Assembly (NCBI GenBank): GCA_041690395.1
Contig: JAWLHJ010000005.1
Location: 320,001 to 384,000, forward strand
Length of the DNA: 64,000 nucleotides
Origin: Longimicrobiales bacterium
GTDB lineage: Bacteria > Gemmatimonadota > Gemmatimonadetes > Longimicrobiales > Gaopeijiaceae
Direction of reading: 5' to 3'
The notes beneath the pieces were generated by a model. It made no database searches. It worked only from the letters and a program-made list of their open reading frames with translations, and was not told the DNA's origin. The position numbers and the translations under genes were made by a program. Below, piece after piece: positions 1 to 10,783 of the stretch (position 1 is the stretch's first letter; every line of letters starts with the position of its first letter).

Positions 1-1
1 G

Positions 2-355
2 TGGGAGCAAGGGGATGGGGCACCCTTCTACGAGCACTTCCTGGATTGGGAGGGGGCCCGCTACTTCGAGGGCGGGGGTGAGAACGTCGGTCTTCGTGAC
101 CTGGTCGAGAACCACGTCGAGCCCGAGGCGGAGTTGGGGCTGCAGCTGGACTTCACCAACGTCCAGACCCATTTCGAGGACGACTTCGCCTGGGCCGTCG
201 TCGACACCGAGATCCGCCTCACGACGAGCGACGGACGCGACATCCACAATCGGGGGCACGGCACGTACCTCCTCCGTTGGGTCGACGGGGCGTGGAAGGT
301 GGTGCACACGCAGTCGGGGAGCTCCCCGGTCTCGTCGGAAGGGTCCGAAGGGTAG
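2..355 (+). CDS. NTF2/SnoaL-like (DUF4440-type) protein, 5'-truncated by window edge
   Basis: Frame open from position 2; C-terminal 'GTYLLRWVDGAWKVVHTQ' is typical of NTF2-like folds. Confidence 0.65.
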   Translation, partial: WEQGDGAPFYEHFLDWEGARYFEGGGENVGLRDLVENHVEPEAELGLQLDFTNVQTHFEDDFAWAVVDTEIRLTTSDGRDIHNRGHGTYLLRWVDGAWKVVHTQSGSSPVSSEGSEG

Positions 356-421
356 GTTGCCCGGCGCGGTGCCCCCGCGCTAGTCTGCCCGCGCTTCCCG
401 ACCCTTCTGCGCGAGGCAGAC

Positions 422-736
422 ATGACCGATTCCCGCCGTCCCCGCGAGTCCGAGGCCGATCCCGAGGTCCGGGCCAGACACGAAGCCTACTGGAAGCGGA
501 ACGTCCGCTACGTCGCCGGGCTGCTCGTGGTCTGGTTCACCGTGTCGTACGGCTTCGGCATCGTTCTCGCGGAGCCGTTGAACGCCGTCAACGTGCCCGG
601 CACGGGCTACCCCCTCGGGTTCTGGTTCGCGCAGCAGGGCTCCATCTACGTGTTCGTGGTCCTCATCTTCGCGTACGTCGTGCTCATGAACCGGCTCGAC
701 CGGGAGTTCGACGTCGACGAGGGAGGTGAGGCGTGA
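422..736 (+). CDS. Solute:sodium symporter small subunit (DUF4212)
   Basis: 'YWKRN...GYPLGFWFAQQGSIYVFVVLIFAY..MNRLD' signature; GTGA overlap with downstream symporter. Confidence 0.9.
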   Translation: MTDSRRPRESEADPEVRARHEAYWKRNVRYVAGLLVVWFTVSYGFGIVLAEPLNAVNVPGTGYPLGFWFAQQGSIYVFVVLIFAYVVLMNRLDREFDVDEGGEA

Positions 737-2436
737 ACGTCCAGGCGTGGACCTTCCTGCTGGTCGCGGCCTCGTTCGCCCTCTACATCGGGATCGCGGT
801 GTGGTCGCGAGCCTCCACCACGAAGGACTTCTACGTCGCGGGCACCGGCGTCTCTCCGCTCGCCAACGGGATGGCCACCGCCGCGGACTGGATGAGCGCG
901 GCGTCGTTCATCTCCATGGCCGGGCTCATCTCGTTCATGGGATACGACGGCTCGGTCTACCTGATGGGGTGGACCGGCGGTTACGTGCTGCTCGCGCTCC
1001 TCCTGGCGCCTTACCTGCGCAAGTACGGGGCGTTCACCGTGCCCGACTTCGTGGGCGACCGGTACTACTCGCAGACGGCCCGGATCGTCGCCGTGGTGTG
1101 CGCGATCTTCGTGTCGTTCACGTACGTGGCCGGTCAGATGCGGGGTGTGGGCATCGTCTTCAGCCGCTTCCTCGAGGTCGAGGTCACGACGGGCGTGCTC
1201 ATCGGCATGGCGATCGTCTTCTTCTACGCCGTGCTCGGGGGCATGAAGGGCATCACCTACACCCAGGTCGCTCAGTACTGCGTGCTCATCTTCGCGTACA
1301 TGGTCCCGGCCATCTTCCTGTCGCTGATGATCACCGGCAACCCGGTGCCACAACTCGGCCTCGGCGGCATCGATCAGGCGTCGGGTCTGCCCCTCCTCGA
1401 GCGGCTCAACGGCCTGCACCAGGAGCTCGGCTTCGCGCCGTACACCGACGGCACCAAGTCCACGCTCGACGTCTTCTTCATCACCGCGGCGCTCATGGTG
1501 GGCACCGCCGGCTTGCCGCACGTCATCATCCGCTTCTACACCGTTCCGCGCGTGCGCGACGCCCGCATCAGCGTGGGGTGGGCCCTCATCTTCATCGCGC
1601 TCCTCTACACCACCGCCCCCGCGGTGGCGGTGTTCGCCCGCGCCAACCTCATCCAGAGCGTGTCGGAGACGCCCGTCGACCAGGTGCCCGAGTGGTTCAC
1701 CAACTGGGAGCGGACCGGGCTCGTGAGCCATGAGGACCTGAACGGCGACGGCCTCATCCAGTTCACCGGCCCGGCGTCTCCCGTCGCCAACGAGCTGACC
1801 GTCGACCAGGACATCATGGTGCTCGCCAATCCCGAGATCGCCGCGCTTCCCGATTGGGTGGTCGGGCTCGTCGCGGCCGGCGGGTTGGCTGCGGCGCTCT
1901 CGACCGCGGCCGGGTTGCTGCTGGTGGTATCGTCGGCGGTCAGTCACGACCTGCTCAAGCGCGCCATCAAGCCGGACATCACCGAGAAGGGCGAGCTCGT
2001 GGCCGCGCGGGTCGCCGCCGGCTTCGCCGTGCTCGTGGCGGGTTACCTGGGGATCAACCCACCGGGCTTCGTGGCCCAGGTGGTGGCGTTCGCGTTCGGG
2101 CTGGCCGCCTCCTCGTTCTTCCCGGTCATCATCCTGGGGATCTTCTCGAGGCGCACCACGCGCGAAGGGGCGATCCTCGGCATGATCACGGGGATCACGT
2201 TCACCGCCGCCTACATCGTCTGGTTCAAGTTCGTGCACCCGGAGCTGAACACCGCCGACCATTGGTGGCTCGGCATCAGTCCGGAGGGGATCGGCACCTT
2301 GGGCATGCTCCTGAACTTCGCCGTCACGCTCACCGTGTCGCGCTTCACGCCGGAGCCGCCCATTCAGGTGCAGGTGCTGGTGGACCTCATCCGGGTGCCG
2401 CGCGGGGCGGGGGAGGCGCATGAGATCGAAGCGTGA
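733..2436 (+). CDS. actP: Sodium:solute symporter, ActP-like (cation/acetate)
   Basis: 'NGMATAADWMSAASF', 'GTAGLPHVIIRFYTVP', 'GGLAAALSTAAGLLL'; many TM segments. Confidence 0.85.
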   Translation: MNVQAWTFLLVAASFALYIGIAVWSRASTTKDFYVAGTGVSPLANGMATAADWMSAASFISMAGLISFMGYDGSVYLMGWTGGYVLLALLLAPYLRKYGAFTVPDFVGDRYYSQTARIVAVVCAIFVSFTYVAGQMRGVGIVFSRFLEVEVTTGVLIGMAIVFFYAVLGGMKGITYTQVAQYCVLIFAYMVPAIFLSLMITGNPVPQLGLGGIDQASGLPLLERLNGLHQELGFAPYTDGTKSTLDVFFITAALMVGTAGLPHVIIRFYTVPRVRDARISVGWALIFIALLYTTAPAVAVFARANLIQSVSETPVDQVPEWFTNWERTGLVSHEDLNGDGLIQFTGPASPVANELTVDQDIMVLANPEIAALPDWVVGLVAAGGLAAALSTAAGLLLVVSSAVSHDLLKRAIKPDITEKGELVAARVAAGFAVLVAGYLGINPPGFVAQVVAFAFGLAASSFFPVIILGIFSRRTTREGAILGMITGITFTAAYIVWFKFVHPELNTADHWWLGISPEGIGTLGMLLNFAVTLTVSRFTPEPPIQVQVLVDLIRVPRGAGEAHEIEA

Positions 2437-2446
2437 GGAGAACGAG

Positions 2447-3205
2447 GTGCCCGACGCCCGGACCGAGGAGGACGTGCGGGAGTTCTGGGACGCCGTGGCG
2501 AAGGACTGGCGCATCCAGGTCGGAACGGAGGGTGACAGGAACCGCCGCTTCAACTCCGACCCGGTCCTCTGGGATCTCCTGGGAGACGTGAGCGGGAAGG
2601 ACGTGCTCGACGCGGGCTGCGGCACGGGATATCTGTCGGCCAGGCTGCGGGACCGGGGTGCTCGGGTCGTGGGCGTGGACATCTCGGCCGAGATGACCGC
2701 TATCGCGCGTGCCGACCACCCCGATATCGACTTCCGGACGGAGTCGGTGGCCGCGCTCCCGTCCATCCAGGACGACACTTTCGACTCGGTGGTCTCGAAC
2801 TACGTCCTCATGGATGCGCCGGACCTCGAGGCGACGGTCCGGTCCCTATACCGGGTGCTCCGGCCCGGCGGCGTCGCCGTGCTGATCTTCTCGCACCCCT
2901 GCTTTCCCCAGGGCCGGCGCAACGAATTGGTGGACCGGTCGACCGTGACGTACACGTGGGACTTCCCGTACTTCGAGCAGCGGCGGCAGGTCGATCCGCC
3001 CTGGGGCCACTTCGAGCGGGAGTTCATCTGGTTCCATCGCCCGCTGTCCGACTACTGGAAGGCGTTCAAGGCCGCCGGCTTCGTGGTGGAGGACTTCGAG
3101 GAGCCGCGCATCGCCCCGGAGCGCTACGGGGCGACGCCGTCGGCCGAGATGCTCAGGAAGCTGCGGGAGCGCCCGTACTCGGTGGCGTTCAGGCTGCGGA
3201 AGTAG
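2447..3205 (+). CDS. Class I SAM-dependent methyltransferase
   Basis: 'VLDAGCGTG', 'GVDIS', 'RVLRPGG'; GTG start after GAGGAG (ORF track start 2420). Confidence 0.85.
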   Translation: MPDARTEEDVREFWDAVAKDWRIQVGTEGDRNRRFNSDPVLWDLLGDVSGKDVLDAGCGTGYLSARLRDRGARVVGVDISAEMTAIARADHPDIDFRTESVAALPSIQDDTFDSVVSNYVLMDAPDLEATVRSLYRVLRPGGVAVLIFSHPCFPQGRRNELVDRSTVTYTWDFPYFEQRRQVDPPWGHFEREFIWFHRPLSDYWKAFKAAGFVVEDFEEPRIAPERYGATPSAEMLRKLRERPYSVAFRLRK

Positions 3206-3215
3206 TCTCCTCGAC

Positions 3216-5861
3216 TCACTCCTCCCGCAGCACCGCAGCCGGATCCACCCGCGCCGCGCCGACGGCCGGCACCAGACACGCGACGCCCGAGACGGCCACG
3301 AGCAGCACCGCGGCTGCCGCCAACGCCAGCGGATCGCGCGGCTCGACCTCGTAGAGCAGCGCGGAGAGGCCACCCGTCAGCGGCAGGGTGGCCAGGAGGC
3401 CGACGGCGAGCCCCGCGAGCGTGAGCCGGAGCCCCTGCCAGACCGTGCGGCCGATCACCGAGCCGGGTGCGCCGCCCAGGGCGAGCCGGACGGCGATGTC
3501 GGACCGCCTGCGCTGCACGAAGTGCGCGGTGATGCCGTACAGACCGATGACCGCCAGGGCGAGCGCGACCGCGGAGAAGGTGCCGAGCAGGAGGGACAGA
3601 TGGCGCGGGCGGGTGAACGAGTCGTGTAGGAGGCTCGCACCCGTGGCCATGGAGACGATGGGCACCGAGGGGTCGGTCTGCCGGAGCGCCTCACGAACTG
3701 CCGAGGCCGCCGTCCCGGGATCGCCGGAGGTCCGGACGATGAGCCAGGCGTTGACCAGCCCCGCGCGCGTCGGCTCGTACATGGCGCCGAGCGGGCTCGT
3801 GCCCACCCCCTGGTACGGGACGGTCGAGGCCACGCCGACGATGGTCGTTCGCGGCCCGGACGTCCGGCCTCCGGCGTACAAACGGCGGCCCACCGGGCTC
3901 TCTCCCGGATAGTGGAGGCGCGCCCAGACCTCGTCCACGACGACCACGGGGGGCGCCCCCTCGTCGAGATCACCGGCCCCGAAGCCGCGCCCTTCGACGA
4001 TCGGGATCCCCATGACGTCGAAGTACGAGCGGTCGACGGTGATCCAGGGAGCCACCGGCTCCGACTCTCCGGCCGGAGGGGGCCGGTCCTCGAGCCGGAA
4101 GTTGTTGACGTTGCCGACATCGTCCGGGGGGCGCTCGCTCGACAGGGTCACGCCGGCGACCCCGGGGATGGCCGCCAGGCTCGAGATGGCCGGCTCCCAG
4201 AAGTCCGCCCGACGCCCCCCGTTCGCGTAACGCGTGGGGCCCAGCGCGACGTTCACCATGAGGAGCTCCTCGGCGGCGTAACCCGGCTCGACGTCCTGGA
4301 GCTTGGCGAAGCTCGCCAGGAGGAGCGTGGTGCCGACCAAGAGCGGCGTGACGACGGCGAGCTGTCCGGCCACGAGCAGGCGCTGGGTGCGCTGCTGCGA
4401 GCGTCCGTCCGTCGACGAGCGGCCGCCCGAGCGGAGGTCCGCGCCCAGGTGGACGTCCTTCCGTCCGTGGATCGCCGGGACGATCGCGAACAGGAACGTG
4501 GCCATGCCGGCCAGCCCGGACGCGAATGCGACCGTGTACCCTCCGAGCGTGGCCTCCCCGGCCCGGGGGAGCCAATCTCCCGCGACCACGGGCAGCGCGC
4601 GGATGCCGACGTAGGCCGACGCCAGGCCCAGCGCGCCGCCGAGCCCCGCGAGCCAGGCGCTCTCCGCCGCGAGGTGCCACCAGATGCGCCCGTCGGAGGC
4701 CCCGAGCGCGCGCCGAACGGCCATCTCGCGGGCTCGCGACCCGAATCGGGCGAGCAGGAGGTTGACCGCGTTGGTGACGGCGATCAGCAACATGAGCCCC
4801 ACGGCTCCCATCAGTACGCCGAGTAGCGGTCCGGCCTCACCGCGCGCATAGGCGGTGACGTCCTCGAGGCCCCAGCTTGCCCTCCGGTCCTGGTAGCTGT
4901 CGGCCCAGAGGGGAAACAGCTCCTCGTTCAGCGCGCGCAGCTCCGTCCGAGCCGCGGCGGGCTCCACGCCCGGAGCCAGGCGGCCGAACACGGTCAGGAA
5001 GAACGGGCCCTTACGCGATGGCGGCTCGAGCCGCAGCGTCGGCACGATCTCGCTGCCGCGGGCGAGAGGCCCGAGGTCCGGGGGCAGGATGCCGATGACC
5101 TCCCAGGGCTGGTCGTCGAGCGTCAGGGTGCGGCCGATGGCGTCCGCCGGCGTCGCCACGCCCATCCGGCGCTCGGCGAACCCGGCGGTGACCATGACCG
5201 TGGCCGGTGCGTCCGGAGCGCCCTCCGCCCGGGTGGGCGTCCGGCCCCAGCGCGGCGCGAGACCCCAGGTCTCGAGCAGGCCGGGCGTCGCCTCGACGAC
5301 GCGCATCAGCTCCACCCCGCCATCGCCGGCGAGGGCCCGCGACGCGTTTCGGTAGGCGCCCACGCGCTCGAACGAAGTCTGTCGCGCCTCGAGCGCCTGG
5401 AAGTCGACGACGGAGAAGGGGAAGCGGTTCGGCGGAGCGTCGGTGTAGATCCGCGCGACCCGGTCGGCGTCGGGGTAGGGCAGCGGGCTCAGGTAGAGGG
5501 CCTCCACCATGGAAAAGACGACGGCGCAGCCCGCGATCCCCAGGGCGAGGGTGGCGACGATCGTCAGGGAGAGCACCGGGGATGACGCCAGGCCCCGCCC
5601 GGCGCGTCGAAGCTCACCGTCCCCGCCTCCCGGGAGGCGGGCGGTCGCGCGCACACGTCGCAGCGCGAGCAGGACCGGGTAGCGTCGGAGCTGCCGCAGG
5701 TAGCGTCGGTCGGCCTCGGGCACGCCGTGCCGCGCCGCGACGGCCGCGTGCAGCTCCGCGAGCTCGGCCAGGACGAGCCGACGCTCCCGCTCGTCGATGA
5801 GCCTGGCGAGCGCCCAGGCGATCGGGCCGGGGACCGGGGGCGGCGATCCTGGCCCGCTCAT
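3216..5861 (-). CDS. ADOP-type duplicated ABC permease (MacB_PCD/FtsX x2)
   Basis: 'TLALGIAG', 'NAVNLLLAR...REMAVRRALGA', C-terminal 'VDPAAVLREE'; ATG overlaps PadR stop (ATGA). Confidence 0.9.
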   Translation of the reverse strand: MSGPGSPPPVPGPIAWALARLIDERERRLVLAELAELHAAVAARHGVPEADRRYLRQLRRYPVLLALRRVRATARLPGGGDGELRRAGRGLASSPVLSLTIVATLALGIAGCAVVFSMVEALYLSPLPYPDADRVARIYTDAPPNRFPFSVVDFQALEARQTSFERVGAYRNASRALAGDGGVELMRVVEATPGLLETWGLAPRWGRTPTRAEGAPDAPATVMVTAGFAERRMGVATPADAIGRTLTLDDQPWEVIGILPPDLGPLARGSEIVPTLRLEPPSRKGPFFLTVFGRLAPGVEPAAARTELRALNEELFPLWADSYQDRRASWGLEDVTAYARGEAGPLLGVLMGAVGLMLLIAVTNAVNLLLARFGSRAREMAVRRALGASDGRIWWHLAAESAWLAGLGGALGLASAYVGIRALPVVAGDWLPRAGEATLGGYTVAFASGLAGMATFLFAIVPAIHGRKDVHLGADLRSGGRSSTDGRSQQRTQRLLVAGQLAVVTPLLVGTTLLLASFAKLQDVEPGYAAEELLMVNVALGPTRYANGGRRADFWEPAISSLAAIPGVAGVTLSSERPPDDVGNVNNFRLEDRPPPAGESEPVAPWITVDRSYFDVMGIPIVEGRGFGAGDLDEGAPPVVVVDEVWARLHYPGESPVGRRLYAGGRTSGPRTTIVGVASTVPYQGVGTSPLGAMYEPTRAGLVNAWLIVRTSGDPGTAASAVREALRQTDPSVPIVSMATGASLLHDSFTRPRHLSLLLGTFSAVALALAVIGLYGITAHFVQRRRSDIAVRLALGGAPGSVIGRTVWQGLRLTLAGLAVGLLATLPLTGGLSALLYEVEPRDPLALAAAAVLLVAVSGVACLVPAVGAARVDPAAVLREE

Positions 5862-6187
5862 GCTTCCTCCGCGACCCCGTCGAGCCCCTCCCAGAAGCGC
5901 TCGAAGGTTCGGCGGGTCTCCCGGAGCTTCTCGAGGCCTTCGGGGGTCACGCGGAACCACCGCCGCTCCCGCCCGGTCTCGGTCTCGGACGCGGCCTCCA
6001 TCCGCGACCGGACGAGCCCCTTCTCTTCCAGCCGGCAGAGCGCGATGTAGACCGCCGCCTGAGATATCTCGCGTCCGCCGCGCTCCTCGAGCTCGAGGAC
6101 CATGGGCACGCTGTACGATTCTCCGCCCAACTGGAGGATCGTCAGCATCACCTGCTGCTCGAACTCACCCAATCCACGTCGTCCCAA
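5858..6187 (-). CDS. PadR family transcriptional regulator
   Basis: 'LGEFEQQVML', 'AVYIALCRLEEKGLV', 'RRWFRVTPEG'. Confidence 0.9.
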   Translation of the reverse strand: MGRRGLGEFEQQVMLTILQLGGESYSVPMVLELEERGGREISQAAVYIALCRLEEKGLVRSRMEAASETETGRERRWFRVTPEGLEKLRETRRTFERFWEGLDGVAEEA

Positions 6188-6300
6188 ATCCGCCTCCCCG
6201 TCGAGCTACCGTACGTTGCGACTAGCGCCGTTAGTCAACGTGGAGGGGATGGGGTGTCCCTGTCAAATACGTTGTTAGTGAGTCGGCGCGAGCCGCCCGC

Positions 6301-7848
6301 TCACCCGCCGAAGAGTCTCGGCAGGATGAGCGTCCCGGCCAGCGTCACGACGATGACTGCGACCAGGTTCACCCACAGCCCCACCCGCACCATCTGACCG
6401 ATGGTGACGTAGCCGGAGCTGAACACGATGGCGTTCGGCGGCGTGCCGGCGGGCATCATGAACGCCATGGAGCAGGCGATGGCGGTCGAGGCCATGAGCG
6501 CGACCGGCGGGATGCCCAGCGTGATCGCGATGCCGGCCGTGATGGGCATGGCCATGGCCGTGACGGCCGTGTTGGAGGTGATCTCCGTGAGGAAGACGAA
6601 GAGGGCCACGGTCGCACCGATCACGACGATCGCCGGCGCGCCGGCGAGCGCGGCCACGCTTCCTCCGATCCACTCCGCGAGCCCACTCGAGGACATGCCC
6701 AGCGCCAGGCTGAGCCCACCACCGAACAGCAGCAGCACGCCCCAGGGAATCTGCGAGGCGGTCCGCCAATCGAGCGCGACCGAGCCCGACCGCCAGTCCA
6801 GAGGCCACGCGAAGAGTGCCAGGGCGGCCAGCATGGCTATGGTGGCGTCGGTGACCTCCGGGAAGAGCATGGTGAGGCCGGGCAGGGTCACGAAGCCCAG
6901 ATCCTTAGGCACGCGGGCCATCCAGGCGGCCACGGTCAGGAGGAAGACCAGGGTCACGTACCGCTCCCCTCGGGACGCGGGCCCGAGTGAGGCACGCTCG
7001 GCCGCGAGGAGCTCGGCGGGATCGCCGGCCGGTGTCTCGGGCGGGTAGAGCACGACGAGGGCCAACCAGGAGAGGGGAAGGAGCAGTCCCGCTACCGGAA
7101 GCCCGACGGCCAGCCACTCCAGGAAGCCGATCTCGATGCCGAGCAGCTCGGACGCGGCGGCGGCGAAGAGCGCGTTGGGTGCCGTCCCGATGAGCGTCGC
7201 GACGCCGCCGATGGAGGAGGCGTACGCGATGCCGAGCATGAGCGCGACGCCGAAGTTGTACGAGCGCCGAGGGTCGCCGTGAGCCGCCTCGGCCTGAGCG
7301 GGCGTCCGGGCCGGCTCGAACATCCGCCCCAGCGCCGTCGCGATCGGGAGCATCATGGCGGCCGTCGCCGTGTTGTTGATCCACATCGAGACGAAGGCGG
7401 TCGCGAACATGAAGCCGAACAGGAGCTTGCGCGGGCTCGTGCCGGTGCGGCTCATGACCGCGAGGGCGAACCGGCGGTGCACCCCCCAACGCTCCATCGC
7501 CCCGGCGAGGAAGAAGCTTCCCATGAAGAGGAAGATGATCTCGTTGGCGTACGGGGTGGCCGCCTCCTGCATCGTCGTGATGCCGAGGAGCGGGAAGAGC
7601 ACGAGGGGGAGGAGCGCGGTGGCGGAGATGGGCACCGCCTCCGTGAGCCACCAGCTCCCCATGAGCGCCAGGACCGCGGCCACCTTCCATGCCACCGGAG
7701 AGAGCGGGGCCGGCGGCGGGATGACGAGCAGGAGGAGGAACAGGGTCACGCCGAGCACGAGCCCGATCCGGCGCGCGGGACTGACCGCCGGGGGCACGAG
7801 TCCGCTCGGCGGCGTCCCGCCCGTCTTTGCCTTCGGTCCGACCGTCAT
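6301..7848 (-). CDS. DASS/SLC13 family sodium:dicarboxylate/sulfate symporter
   Basis: 'SMWINNTATAAMMLP', 'GGVATLIGTAPN', 'TEITSNTA', 'AFMMPAGTPPNAIV'. Confidence 0.92.
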   Translation of the reverse strand: MTVGPKAKTGGTPPSGLVPPAVSPARRIGLVLGVTLFLLLLVIPPPAPLSPVAWKVAAVLALMGSWWLTEAVPISATALLPLVLFPLLGITTMQEAATPYANEIIFLFMGSFFLAGAMERWGVHRRFALAVMSRTGTSPRKLLFGFMFATAFVSMWINNTATAAMMLPIATALGRMFEPARTPAQAEAAHGDPRRSYNFGVALMLGIAYASSIGGVATLIGTAPNALFAAAASELLGIEIGFLEWLAVGLPVAGLLLPLSWLALVVLYPPETPAGDPAELLAAERASLGPASRGERYVTLVFLLTVAAWMARVPKDLGFVTLPGLTMLFPEVTDATIAMLAALALFAWPLDWRSGSVALDWRTASQIPWGVLLLFGGGLSLALGMSSSGLAEWIGGSVAALAGAPAIVVIGATVALFVFLTEITSNTAVTAMAMPITAGIAITLGIPPVALMASTAIACSMAFMMPAGTPPNAIVFSSGYVTIGQMVRVGLWVNLVAVIVVTLAGTLILPRLFGG

Positions 7849-8224
7849 GACCGCGGCTCCAGCGCGTTGGCGATCACCGACGCCAGGATGCCGACGGCCA
7901 GGATGCCCGCAACCATGGCCAGGCTGAATCCGGCCGGGATCGAGTCGATGGCGAACATGACGTCCGACGACTCGACCATGAGGAGCACCAGGAAGAGCGG
8001 CGTGGCGTGCCGGACCCCGTCCCGCGTCGTGAAGAATCGTGCGCCGTCGAACTCTGTCGTCACCGGCATCCAGCGGCGAGCCAACCGGTACGCGAGGTTA
8101 CCCTCGGGCCACGCGAGCGCCGTCCGCATGGGAATGACGTGCGGGCGGCGGTTGAACACGCCCAGGTCGAGGGCGAGGAGGAGCAGGATGACGAGGACGA
8201 ACCCGCTCCACACGAGCGTGGTCG

Positions 8225-8228
<4 letters not shown>
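7845..8228 (-). pseudogene. Internally deleted TerC/Alx-family membrane protein (127 aa; remnant or mini-protein)
   Basis: TerC/Alx N-terminus 'LLALDLGVFNRRPHVI', middle 'ATPLFLVLLMVESSDVMFAIDSIPA' and C-terminal helix, joined in frame with the intervening blocks missing. Confidence 0.75.
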
Positions 8229-9565
<1,337 letters not shown>

Positions 9566-9614
9566 GAGGGGGAGGGTGTCGGAGGAAATGATGACGAGGA
9601 AGGAGGGCGGCGCG

Positions 9615-9648
9615 AGGGCCTCCGCCCCCGAGCGGGGACGGAGGCCTT
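9615..9648 (-). terminator. GC-rich hairpin after small membrane protein copy 1
   Basis: ggcctccgccccc-gagc-ggggacggaggcc; homologous hairpin at ~10440-10471; no long U tract. Confidence 0.45.
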
Positions 9649-9661
9649 CTCGGGCCGTGGA

Positions 9662-9856
9662 TCACACGGGGGTCTTGGTCCCGCCCCCGCGGGGCCGGCC
9701 GAACCACAGCACGGCGATCGCGGACGCCACGATCAGGATCAGCGCGAAGATCGACGCCGGGTCACGTGGAAGGGACTGGAGGACTTCGTTGCCGGTGAGG
9801 CCGTCGTCGGCGCTCTGCAGCGCGAGGATGGCTGGAAGAAGAATCTGGGTCGTCAT
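9662..9856 (-). CDS. Small single-pass membrane protein, copy 1 (64 aa)
   Basis: Strong SD (GGAGGGG); clear paralog at 10485-10694 with conservative substitutions. Confidence 0.8.
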   Translation of the reverse strand: MTTQILLPAILALQSADDGLTGNEVLQSLPRDPASIFALILIVASAIAVLWFGRPRGGGTKTPV

Positions 9857-9957
9857 GGTACACCCCTCCCGGGGGTGGTCGGACTACGGTTCTGAGCAGG
9901 CCCCGCGGGAATTCGTGGGGCGCGGAATCTCGGGAGCGGCCGTGTGGCCACTCGTGC
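9857..9957 (-). promoter_or_regulatory. Structured intercistronic RNA (three hairpins, last one occludes SD), copy 1
   Basis: Minus strand: gtggcc-acac-ggccgc; gcccc...ggggc; acccc-cggga-ggggt overlapping the SD. Confidence 0.6.
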
Positions 9958-10320
9958 TCAGGCGTGGGGAGGGGCGTTGGCAGGTGCTGCGTGGAGGCCC
10001 AGGAGCGACGCGCTCGACCGGACCGGCTCGAGCTCCGGCGTGCTCGGCCCTTGGACTCCGTGTGCGGGCGACGTGGGGCGCGGTGAGGCGCGTCCACCGG
10101 AGCGACGGGCACGCGGCGGGGATGATGCGTCCCCGGCATGCAGGGTGGCGGTCCAGGCAGACGTGGGCACCACGACGGCAGTGCTTCCGTCCTGCAGGGC
10201 GACGCCCGGCCCGACGTCGGGTCCCGTGCGGGTCGACGGCTCCGGGTACGACAGAGCCCCGACGCATACGATGAAAAGCGTCAGGGCCAACCAGCGAGCC
10301 CGCTTCACGGCCTCGCGCAT
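9958..10320 (-). CDS. Leader-like protein copy 1 (120 aa): hydrophobic N-terminus, P/S/T-rich linker, C-terminal APANAPPH
   Basis: Paralog of equal length at 10784-11146; shared 'MRE', 'GAL..P.PS', 'LLGL.AAPANAPPH'. Confidence 0.7.
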   Translation of the reverse strand: MREAVKRARWLALTLFIVCVGALSYPEPSTRTGPDVGPGVALQDGSTAVVVPTSAWTATLHAGDASSPPRARRSGGRASPRPTSPAHGVQGPSTPELEPVRSSASLLGLHAAPANAPPHA

Positions 10321-10484
10321 CGTTCGCTACCTGCCTGTAGTCGCCTCCGTCGCGGCGGTTCGGACGAGCCGCTGCAACGGACCTGCGGGAAATTTAGCGT
10401 GCCGGGGGTCCGACAAGAAGATCCCCCGCACCCCCGCGAAGGCCCCCGCCCCCGGGAAGGGACGGGGGGCTCGCGTGCGGGTAG

Positions 10485-10694
10485 TCAGCTCGCTCTGTCC
10501 TGCGCGCCGCGGCTCGCGGTTCCGCCGCCGCGCGGCCGCCCGAACCAGAGCACGGCTCCGGCGCCCACCACGATCAACAGGAGTGCGAAGATCGAGACCG
10601 GGTCGCGGGGAAGGCCCTGGATGATCTCGCTTCCGGTGAGGCCTTCATCGGCGCTCTGGAGTGCCACGAGGGCCGGCAGTATGTACGTCGTCAT
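10485..10694 (-). CDS. Small single-pass membrane protein, copy 2 (69 aa)
   Basis: MTTYILPALVALQSADEGLTG...LPRDPVSIFALLLIVVGAGAVLWFGRPRGGGT; SD GGAGGGG. Confidence 0.8.
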   Translation of the reverse strand: MTTYILPALVALQSADEGLTGSEIIQGLPRDPVSIFALLLIVVGAGAVLWFGRPRGGGTASRGAQDRAS

Positions 10695-10783
10695 TGGATA
10701 CACCCCTCCCTGGGGTCGACAGTCTGAAGAGGGCCACGGGAACCGTGGCCCGAGTACGTCCGGCGCGGCCGTAGGCCGCGGGC
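10695..10783 (-). promoter_or_regulatory. Structured intercistronic RNA (three hairpins, last one occludes SD), copy 2
   Basis: Minus strand: cgcggcc-tac-ggccgcg; gggccacgg-ttc-ccgtggccc; acccc-aggga-ggggt. Confidence 0.6.
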
